From Longimicrobiales bacterium (lineage in GTDB: Bacteria > Gemmatimonadota > Gemmatimonadetes > Longimicrobiales > Gaopeijiaceae), in assembly GCA_041690395.1 (NCBI GenBank), contig JAWLHJ010000005.1, forward strand, positions 448,001-512,000: 64,000 bases of DNA, in the 5' to 3' direction. Positions within the stretch are counted from its first letter, which is position 1; every line of letters starts with the position of its first letter. Below the pieces are notes generated by a model. The model had not been told where the DNA came from. It made no database searches and saw only the letters and a program-made list of their open reading frames with translations. Positions 47,060 to 54,851 of this stretch are shown in pieces. The translations under genes and the position numbers were made by a program.

Positions 47060-49750
47060 TCAGCCCGGCCTCAGCGAAACCATCGGATCGACCTTCGCGG
47101 CGCGGCGCGCAGGCAGCCAGGCGGACACGAGTCCGACGACGGTGAGCAGGACCGGCGTCAGCACGAGCGCGACCGGATCCCACGGTTGCACGTGGAAGAG
47201 CAGGGAGCGCGCCGCGAGTCCCGCCACGAATGCTGCTGCGAGACCGACTGCCACTCCGGCGCCGATCCAGCGGAGGGCTTCACCAAGCGCGTGGCGCGTC
47301 AGCTCCGGACCGCGGGCGCCGAGCGCGAGCCTCACGCCGTACTCGCGCCGTCTGCGACGGACGGAGAACCCGACCGCACCCGCGAGCCCGATCGAGGCCA
47401 GCGCGAGAGCAGCACCGCCGAACAGCTGCATCAGCGCACCGCGTAGGCGGAACCCGGCGACGCGCTCGTCACGGTAGTCGGAGAGGGGTCGGATCGATCG
47501 CACCGGCTCCCGGGGATCGGCCTCTTGCACGGTGGCACGCAGAGCCGCCGCCTCGAGACGCGCGTTCGGGGTTCCCCGAACCACGATGCTCAGGCCGCGA
47601 CCAAGGCCGTTCCACGGTTCCTGGGCGGCCGACAAATAGACGTTGGGGTCGGGCTCCACGGCGGGCCCCCGTGCGTGGACGTCCTCGACGATGCCGACCA
47701 CCGCGAACGTGTCACCGTGCACCAGGGCGCGACGGCCGAGCACGTCCCCTTCCGGCCAGAACAGATCGGCTGCCGAACGGGAGATGACCATCGCTCCGGC
47801 CGCGTCGCGGTTGTCCTCCCAGCCCAGGGTCCTTCCGTGGATGAGGGGGACTCCGAGCGCCTCCAGGAATCCGGGTGTCGCGGACCGGACCTCCGCGCAG
47901 AGGGCTTCACCGGGCCCGCGCGGCGGGCCATCGAGAGGCGTGACCCCGTCGCAGGACCGATTGGTCGTGAGGGGCACGATGTCCGCGGCCCCCGCGGCAC
48001 GCACGCCGTCGAGCGCGGAGAGCCGACTGAACACATCGCGGTATACGGATGCGGCCTCATCGTCCGATCGCGCGAACATGCCGAGGCCATGCATTTCGAG
48101 CACGAGGGCGTCTTCCGTGTCGATCCCGAGATCCACGTCATAGAGTCGGGTCACACTTCGTGCCGTGAGGCCGGCTCCGAAAAGGAGCACCACGGTGGCT
48201 GCGATCTGGCCCACCAGAAGACCGCGTCGGAGGGGCCCGCTCAGGCCGGCGGCACCGGCGCGCAGGTCCGCACGGGCCAGACCATCTTCGGGAGTGATAC
48301 GCCCGAGCGGCAGCAGCCCCAGCACGAGGCTGACCCCCAGCACCACAGTGAGAACGAATGCGAGCACCTGCACGTCCAGCGTCAGGTCCTGGATGCCGGG
48401 TAAGCTGGTTGTGGCGAGCTGCCTGACGGCCTCGATGCCGGCGACCGCCAGCCCGATACCAGCCAGGCCGGCCGCGGCGGCGAGCACTGTTCCTTCCGCG
48501 AGGAGCTCGCCGAAGAGCTGGGCGCGGCTGGCTCCGAGGGCACGCCGAACTCGCCAATCGTTCGCGCGATCCACGGTTCGGTTGACGACCAGGCTCGCCG
48601 CGTTCAGGACGGATATCGCCAGGAGTATTCCAACGGACGCAAGCAGGACAATGAGCCCAGAGCGGACCGGACCGACGACGGGCTCCCGAATCGGGCTGAC
48701 GTGGATCGTCTGATCGCGGCTCTCCTCGGGATAGATCTCGCCCAGCGTGGCCATGACGTCCCGCGCTTCCGCTTCCGCGACGCCGATGCCTACACCTCCT
48801 GCGAGCCGCCCGATGCCCCGCCACGAGCGACCGCCCCTGGGCCAATCGGAGACGTCGATCCCCGACGTGCGCCAGATCTCGGGGATGTCGCCGTCGAATG
48901 TGAGAAGGCGCGGATCCTCATACCGCTCCGGGAGGACACCGACGATCTCGTAGCCGGTGCCGCTCATCTGTACGGTGCGTCCGACCACGTCCGCATCTCC
49001 ACCGAAGACGCGGATCCAGAGGTCGTGCGACAGGATAGCCACCGGGGCGCGTCCGGCACCTTCGTCGGCGGCAGTGAAGAGTCGGCCGAGGGCGGGGTCG
49101 ACTCCCAACAACCGGAAGTAGTTCCACGATACCGTCCCTCCCGGCGCGACCGTCGGTGGCCCGTCGCCGGGTTCGATGGCCGGGAGCCACGCGCGTATGG
49201 CTGCGGTCCCCGCGAAGGAACGCGAACGTTCGGCCAGATCTCTGACCTCGGGATAAGAGACCGTTCCGATCGTGATCGGTTCACCGATCCTGCCGCCCTG
49301 AAGGGCGACGAGCCGGTCCTCGTCCGGAAAACCGAGCGGCTGGAGCAGCACATGGTCCGCTACTGCGAAGAGCACGGTCGTACATGCAATCCCGAGGGCC
49401 AAAGTGCTCGCCCCCGCAACGAAGAAGCCGGGGCTCCGCGTCCATGAACGCACCGCCCGACGCACGGATCCCAAGCGCCAAACCTTCATCATGTCACCCA
49501 TCCTCCTCCCCCACACGGTTGATGCTAGATGGAGCGCATCCAGCGGCGCCCCTCGAACCCGCTCTTCCGCCAATGCCGCGGTCCCCTCATCCCAAATGGA
49601 GGACGGCCCGAAGTGTGCGTCCAACTCGCTTTCCCACTCTCGAAGCCAGCGACTGCGGTGCTGCCGCGGCACCATCCGAGCGCAGCGGCGGAGCCTCCTG
49701 CTGATCCTGGACCGGGCGGTCGCATGTCGACGCTCCGACCGAGGGTTCAT
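47060..49750 (-). CDS. ADOP-type duplicated permease (cassette G)
   Basis: TLALGIA, VRRALGA, REYGVRLALGA, PARRAAKVDPMVSLR; ATGA overlap with padR. Confidence 0.92.
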   Translation of the reverse strand: MNPRSERRHATARSRISRRLRRCARMVPRQHRSRWLREWESELDAHFGPSSIWDEGTAALAEERVRGAPLDALHLASTVWGRRMGDMMKVWRLGSVRRAVRSWTRSPGFFVAGASTLALGIACTTVLFAVADHVLLQPLGFPDEDRLVALQGGRIGEPITIGTVSYPEVRDLAERSRSFAGTAAIRAWLPAIEPGDGPPTVAPGGTVSWNYFRLLGVDPALGRLFTAADEGAGRAPVAILSHDLWIRVFGGDADVVGRTVQMSGTGYEIVGVLPERYEDPRLLTFDGDIPEIWRTSGIDVSDWPRGGRSWRGIGRLAGGVGIGVAEAEARDVMATLGEIYPEESRDQTIHVSPIREPVVGPVRSGLIVLLASVGILLAISVLNAASLVVNRTVDRANDWRVRRALGASRAQLFGELLAEGTVLAAAAGLAGIGLAVAGIEAVRQLATTSLPGIQDLTLDVQVLAFVLTVVLGVSLVLGLLPLGRITPEDGLARADLRAGAAGLSGPLRRGLLVGQIAATVVLLFGAGLTARSVTRLYDVDLGIDTEDALVLEMHGLGMFARSDDEAASVYRDVFSRLSALDGVRAAGAADIVPLTTNRSCDGVTPLDGPPRGPGEALCAEVRSATPGFLEALGVPLIHGRTLGWEDNRDAAGAMVISRSAADLFWPEGDVLGRRALVHGDTFAVVGIVEDVHARGPAVEPDPNVYLSAAQEPWNGLGRGLSIVVRGTPNARLEAAALRATVQEADPREPVRSIRPLSDYRDERVAGFRLRGALMQLFGGAALALASIGLAGAVGFSVRRRRREYGVRLALGARGPELTRHALGEALRWIGAGVAVGLAAAFVAGLAARSLLFHVQPWDPVALVLTPVLLTVVGLVSAWLPARRAAKVDPMVSLRPG

Positions 49751-50061
49751 CCGGTGCCCTCCGGCGAGAGGAGATCGCGAGCCGCGCCTTGGGACTCGGA
49801 CACCTTGGCGTGTGCCTCCGCGACACGCTTCTTCCCCGCTTCCGTCAGGGAATAGACACGGCGAGTAGGGCGTCCCGGTCCACGGGCATCGGAGAGGTCC
49901 TCCTCCCAGTGACTCACCACCGACCCTTGCTCTTCGAGGCGACGGAGCGCCGGGTAGACGCTGCCGCTCGCCAGGCCCGTCGCGTCCATGATGTCGAAGC
50001 CGTATACGTGGCCCTTTCGAAGGGCCAGGAGGATCAGGGCGGTCGCGCGGCGAATGCTCAT
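49747..50061 (-). CDS. PadR family transcriptional regulator (cassette G)
   Basis: YGFDIMDATGLASGSVYPALRRLE...RPTRRVYSLTEAG. Confidence 0.92.
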   Translation of the reverse strand: MSIRRATALILLALRKGHVYGFDIMDATGLASGSVYPALRRLEEQGSVVSHWEEDLSDARGPGRPTRRVYSLTEAGKKRVAEAHAKVSESQGAARDLLSPEGTG

Positions 50062-50094
50062 GGAGGCAGTCGTCTCCAGATGGACGGGCTTGTT

Positions 50095-50112
50095 AGTGTC
50101 GTATTCTACATA
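50095..50112 (-). promoter_or_regulatory. Putative PadR operator of cassette G (ATGT-N8-ACAC)
   Basis: Minus strand tatgtagaatacgacact; 15/18 identical to the cassette B motif. Confidence 0.65.
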
Positions 50113-50325
50113 ATTGGATCAGAGTCTGGGCACAAGGGAGACGGAGGTCGCGCTGGTGGTCTCGGTCGGGGTGCCCCAACCGGGGCAGACGAGCCTGGCA
50201 GTGCGGGAGAAGCCTGACGGGGTACCATAAGAGGATAGCGCTCGCGCTTCACCGTCGCGATGTTCGAGACGATAGAGTAGGTAGGCGCGTACGGCGCAGA
50301 ACCGTGTCCCACGAACACCAGATCC

Positions 50326-51228
50326 GTGACGACTGACACCCAAACCCACTGGCTCGTATCGGCGGCCCGCTCGCTCGAGCTCGAGCACGCCGACACCCTG
50401 GAGGCCCGGAGCGGCGAGAAGCTCGCCGACGTCTGGAGCCGGGTGGTGGAGGCCACGGGCGTGTCCGACGCCGAGCTGACCGAGCTCCTGGCGGAGCGCT
50501 ACCTCATGGGCGTCGCCGACCTCGCCTCGGCGGAACAGTACGCGACGCGACTCGTGCCGGCGATCGTGGCGGTCAAGTATCAGGTGCTCCCTCTCCGGTA
50601 TACCGACCGGACGCTCGACGTGGCGACCGCCGATCCGCACGACGTCGATGCCGAGCGCGAGGTATCACGGCTCGCGACCCGCGCCGTCCGGTTCGAGCTG
50701 GCGCCGCCCGCGGCGATCCGGGAGGCGTTGGGCAACGCCTACGTCGGGTCGGGCCAGCCGCGTCCGGCGGGGGAGGCGCGCTTGCCCGAGCGCTCCGGAG
50801 GGGCGACCCCGGCAGCCACGCCGGCCGCTTCGGAGCACGACGACCGTACCCACGTCCTGGTGGTCGACGACGATCCGGAAACGGCCACGCTCCTGGAGTC
50901 GTTCCTGGTCGGTAAAGGGTTCCGGGTGACGCCGGTTCCCGACGGACCGCGTGCGCTGGAGGCGCTGAAGGCGGATCCATCCATCGATGCGGTCTCGCTG
51001 GACTACTACATGCACCCGATGAACGGGCTGAAGGTGCTCCAGGCGATCCGCTCGAAGCCGGCCTTCGACCACTTGCCGGTCGTCGTGCTCACGAGCTCGG
51101 AGGACCGCAACATCGAGATGAGCCTCTTCGAGGCGGGCGCGGACGACTACGTCGTGAAGCCCCTCGATCCTCCGCGGTACTTCCTGCGGCTTCGTGCCGT
51201 GCTGCGGAGGCGGAACGGGGGGAGTTGA
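50326..51228 (+). CDS. GspE/PilB N-terminal-like domain fused to a receiver domain
   Basis: LVP...A.KYQVLPL......L.VATADP.D..AERE......VRFELA.P..I; REC with VVDDD, phospho-acceptor D (SLDYYM), LTS, KP. Confidence 0.8.
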   Translation: MTTDTQTHWLVSAARSLELEHADTLEARSGEKLADVWSRVVEATGVSDAELTELLAERYLMGVADLASAEQYATRLVPAIVAVKYQVLPLRYTDRTLDVATADPHDVDAEREVSRLATRAVRFELAPPAAIREALGNAYVGSGQPRPAGEARLPERSGGATPAATPAASEHDDRTHVLVVDDDPETATLLESFLVGKGFRVTPVPDGPRALEALKADPSIDAVSLDYYMHPMNGLKVLQAIRSKPAFDHLPVVVLTSSEDRNIEMSLFEAGADDYVVKPLDPPRYFLRLRAVLRRRNGGS

Positions 51229-51262
51229 CGGCCGTGCGGACCCGCGAGGCCTCGTAGGACCC

Positions 51263-51667
51263 GTGCCTTACGCGCTGCTGGCGGATCTGGTGCTCGTGGG
51301 GCACCTGGCCTTCATCCTCTTCGTGGTCTTCGGCGGCCTCCTGGTCGTGCGCTGGCCGCGCGCGGCTTGGCTGCACCTGCCGGTCCTCGCCTGGGGTGTC
51401 TGGATCGAGCTGACCGGAGGGGTCTGCCCGCTCACCCCACTCGAGAACCGGTTCAGAAGGGCCGCGGGCGGGGCGGGGTACGAGGCGACCTTCATCGAGC
51501 ACTACATCGTTCCGCTCATCTATCCGCCCGGACTGACCCACGGTGCCCAGCTCGTACTCGGCGTGGCGCTGATCGTGTGGAGCGCGGGGGTGTACGGATG
51601 GGCCATCCACCGATGGAGACGTGGACGGATGTCCGAAGCGCATACCGATGAGGGACCGAGGCGATGA
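51263..51667 (+). CDS. DUF2784 family membrane protein
   Basis: LADLV...HLAFILFVVFGG...WLHLP...WG...CPLTPLEN..R...FIEHYI.PLIYP. Confidence 0.88.
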   Translation: MPYALLADLVLVGHLAFILFVVFGGLLVVRWPRAAWLHLPVLAWGVWIELTGGVCPLTPLENRFRRAAGGAGYEATFIEHYIVPLIYPPGLTHGAQLVLGVALIVWSAGVYGWAIHRWRRGRMSEAHTDEGPRR

Positions 51668-51694
51668 CCAACGAGGCGAGGAGCGACCGAGACC

Positions 51695-52210
51695 ATGGGT
51701 AACCGAGACGGGCGTCGTGCTGGTGTCGACGCGGACCTCTTCCGGGATGCCATGGCTCGCTGGGCATCGACCGTCACGGTGGTCGCCGCGCGGGACCCCG
51801 ACGACGGCCGGGTGCGCGCCACCACCGCGACGTCGTTCGCGCCCGTGTCGGCCGAGCCGCCCGAGGTCGTCGTCTCGCTGAACCCGAGCGCCCAGGTCCT
51901 GCCGTTCATCGAGGAGGGCGGCGTCGTGGGGATCAGCCTGCTCGCGGCCGACCAGCGGCGGTGGGCCCGCCTGTTCGCCGACTCCTACCCGGCGGGGCCG
52001 AGCCCCTGGCCGGCGGAAGGGGTGCCGCTCCTCCCCGGCTCCCTCGCAGGGCTGGCCTGCTCCGTGCAGGCGATCCACCCGACGGAGGGACGGAGCCGCC
52101 TCGTCGTGGCTCGGCTCGAGGACGTCGTGCTGGGCGACGGCGTGGAGCCGCTCCTGTACGCGGACAGGACCTACCGGGTCCTGTCTCCGACGGGCCATGA
52201 GGGCGGGTGA
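51695..52210 (+). CDS. Flavin reductase family protein
   Basis: FRDAMARWASTVTVV, TATSF..VS.EPP, PLLY.DRTY; the usual GDH motif is replaced by GRS. Confidence 0.8.
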   Translation: MGNRDGRRAGVDADLFRDAMARWASTVTVVAARDPDDGRVRATTATSFAPVSAEPPEVVVSLNPSAQVLPFIEEGGVVGISLLAADQRRWARLFADSYPAGPSPWPAEGVPLLPGSLAGLACSVQAIHPTEGRSRLVVARLEDVVLGDGVEPLLYADRTYRVLSPTGHEGG

Positions 52211-52247
52211 GCTCGTAAGGCATTGTCCTGAAACATTTTGCGTGGTC

Positions 52248-52754
52248 ATGGGTAGGATCGGGAGTCGGCATTTCAGCCACACCCACCACTCCGGGAGGAC
52301 CACCATCCCGCACGCATCGAACCGCATCGTCCGATTCGCCGGAGCGCTCGTCGTCCTGGGCGCGGCCCTCGTCCTCTCTCCGGAGGGGTCCAGCGCGCAG
52401 GACGCGATCGATGCCTCCCTGCCCACGGATTCGGTCACCGGGACCGTGGTCGAGCGGTTCGCCGAGGGGTTCCTCCTTCGGAGCGACGAAGGTGAGGAGT
52501 ACGCGTTCGAGATCCTGCCGGACACCGTGCAGGAGCGCCGGGAGCCGCGCGCCGACTCGGCACGGCAGGATGGCCCGGCCGTGCCGCACGCGACCGTCAT
52601 GGAGAGCCGCGAGATCCGCTTCATTCTCCAGCAGCTCGAGGCCTCCGACGAGCGCGACCGGATGCACGTGCACTACGTCACGCTCGGAGACGTGGAGCCG
52701 CGCAGGATCGCCATCTGGGTGTCGATCTCGCAGGACCGGGTGCCGGGAGGCTGA
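52248..52754 (+). CDS. Secreted hypothetical protein (start ambiguous; best SD precedes ATC at 52305)
   Basis: Signal-like FAGALVVLGAALVL...SSA-Q; acidic beta-rich body. Confidence 0.55.
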   Translation: MGRIGSRHFSHTHHSGRTTIPHASNRIVRFAGALVVLGAALVLSPEGSSAQDAIDASLPTDSVTGTVVERFAEGFLLRSDEGEEYAFEILPDTVQERREPRADSARQDGPAVPHATVMESREIRFILQQLEASDERDRMHVHYVTLGDVEPRRIAIWVSISQDRVPGG

Positions 52755-52802
52755 GCCACGCGGCGGTGACCGAGGGCGGCCGGTCCACTAGATTCCGCCC
52801 CC

Positions 52803-54812
52803 ATGATCTCCGTATCCAATCTCGAAAAGTCGTTCGGCGACCGGACCCTGTTCCGCGACGCCTCCTTTCAGCTGAACCCCGGCGAGCGCTACGGTCTCGT
52901 GGGCGCCAACGGGTCGGGCAAGACGACCCTGCTCGGCATCCTGACGGGAGACGGTGACGCGACGTCCGGCCAGGTGTCGATTCCGAAGGCCGCGCGCCTC
53001 GGCGTCCTCCGACAGGACCAGTTCCTATACGAGGACCAGCAGGTGATCGGCGTGGCCCTCATGGGCAACCCCGAGCTGTGGGAAGCGATGCTCGAGAAGG
53101 AGAAGATCCTCGAGAACGCGGGCGAGGACTTCGACGCCGAGCGCTTCAGCGAGCTCGAGGAGACGGTGCAGCGCCACGACGGATACACGGCCGAAGCGCG
53201 CGCCGCCGCGATCCTGGAGGGGCTCGGCCTCCCCGCGGAGGTGCACAGGGATCCGCTCTCGACGCTCTCCGGCGGCTTCAAGCTCCGCGTGCTGCTGGCC
53301 CAGGTGCTCGCGAGCAACCCCGACGTGCTCCTCCTCGACGAGCCGACCAACCACCTCGACATCCTGTCGATCCGGTGGCTGGAGAAGTTCCTGCAGGCCT
53401 TCACCGGGCCCGTCGTGGTCATCTCCCACGACCACCGCTTCCTGGACAACGTCTCGACGCACATCCTCGACGTCGACTATCAGACGGTGACCCTCTACAA
53501 GGGGAATTACACGTCGTTCGTCGAGCAGAAGAAGGAAGACCGCGAGCGGCGCGAGAAGGAGATCGAGGGACGCGAGAAGGAGATCGCGCACCACCAGAAG
53601 TTCGTGGATCGCTTCCGGGCGAAGGCGAGCAAGGCGCGCCAGGCGCAGAGCAAGCTGCGCATGATCGAGAAGAAGGCCGACGAGCTCGACGAGCTCCCGG
53701 GAAGCTCTCGCCGGTACCCGAAGTTCCGCTTCGAGCAGCGCCGTCCGAGCGGCAAGGAGGTCCTCAAGGTCAAGGGGATTCGCAAGTCGTTCGAGGACAA
53801 CGAGGTGCTCCACGGCGTGGACCTGGAGGTCCGGCGCGGCGACCGCCTCGTCATCATGGGCCCGAACGGCATCGGAAAGTCCACGCTCCTCAAGATCGTG
53901 ATGGGAAAGCTCGAGGCCGACGCCGGCGAGGTCGAGTGGGGATACGAGACGCACCCGGGCTACTTCGCCCAGGACCACAAGGAGCAGGTCGAGGAATCCG
54001 ACCGGACCGCGGAGGCGTGGCTCTGGGACTTCTGTCCGGACAAGGACCGGGGCTTCGTGCGCGGGCACATGGGGCTCATGCTCTTCTCCGGAGACGACGG
54101 CGCGAAGCGGCTGAGCAGCCTGTCGGGTGGCGAGGCGGCACGGCTCGTCTTCGCCAAGATCCAGCTCGAGCGCCCGAACGTGCTGGTGCTGGACGAGCCG
54201 ACCAACCACCTGGACCTCGAGTCGATCGAGGCGCTCGTGCATGGGCTGAAGAACTACGACGGCACCCTCATCCTGGTCTCACACGACCGCTGGTTCGTGG
54301 GCGAGTTGGCGACCCGCGTGGTCGAGATCCGGGCGGACGGCATCCGCGACTACCAGGGGACGTACGAGGAGTACGTGCAGGCGTGCGGCGACGACCACCT
54401 CGACGCCGAGAGCGTGGTGCTCAAGGCCAAGAAGGAGGGGCGGGATCGCAGAGCCGGGAAGTCCGAGGGTCAGGGCGGACGATCGGGCCGGGGGAACGGG
54501 GCCTCGGCCGCGGGCGCGTCCAGCGGTCGTCCTGACGAGCGCGCGCGCGTCGATCCGAGAATCGAGCGCGGGCGGCTGGAGCGGCGCCGTGACGAGATCA
54601 CCGCCGAGCTCGAGGAAGCCGAGGGCAGGGTGGCGGAGATCGACGGGGTCTTCTGCCAACCGGGATATTACGAGAGCACGCCGGCCGAGGAGATCGCCGG
54701 GCTCGAGCAGGAGCGCGACGACGTCCAGACGCGGGTGGATGCGCTCATGGCGGAGTGGGAGAAGGTGGAGCGCGGCCTGGAGGCCCTGGTCGAGGAGCCG
54801 GCGCGGCGCTGA
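52803..54812 (+). CDS. ABC-F family ATPase (YbiT-like ribosome-associated factor)
   Basis: Two ABC domains (GANGSGKT/LSGG/LLLDEPTNHLD and GPNGIGKS/LSGGE/LDEPTNHLD), an inter-domain linker, a C-terminal coiled coil and no TM segments. Confidence 0.93.
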   Translation: MISVSNLEKSFGDRTLFRDASFQLNPGERYGLVGANGSGKTTLLGILTGDGDATSGQVSIPKAARLGVLRQDQFLYEDQQVIGVALMGNPELWEAMLEKEKILENAGEDFDAERFSELEETVQRHDGYTAEARAAAILEGLGLPAEVHRDPLSTLSGGFKLRVLLAQVLASNPDVLLLDEPTNHLDILSIRWLEKFLQAFTGPVVVISHDHRFLDNVSTHILDVDYQTVTLYKGNYTSFVEQKKEDRERREKEIEGREKEIAHHQKFVDRFRAKASKARQAQSKLRMIEKKADELDELPGSSRRYPKFRFEQRRPSGKEVLKVKGIRKSFEDNEVLHGVDLEVRRGDRLVIMGPNGIGKSTLLKIVMGKLEADAGEVEWGYETHPGYFAQDHKEQVEESDRTAEAWLWDFCPDKDRGFVRGHMGLMLFSGDDGAKRLSSLSGGEAARLVFAKIQLERPNVLVLDEPTNHLDLESIEALVHGLKNYDGTLILVSHDRWFVGELATRVVEIRADGIRDYQGTYEEYVQACGDDHLDAESVVLKAKKEGRDRRAGKSEGQGGRSGRGNGASAAGASSGRPDERARVDPRIERGRLERRRDEITAELEEAEGRVAEIDGVFCQPGYYESTPAEEIAGLEQERDDVQTRVDALMAEWEKVERGLEALVEEPARR

Positions 54813-54851
54813 CCGATCGGCGGGTGGCTACCGGGGGGAAGGCGCGGAGGG

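Noticed and set aside
52803..54812. ATPase partner for the orphan permeases
   Set aside because: Tandem ABC domains with DEPTNHLD motifs and a linker define ABC-F translation factors, not transporter ATPases.
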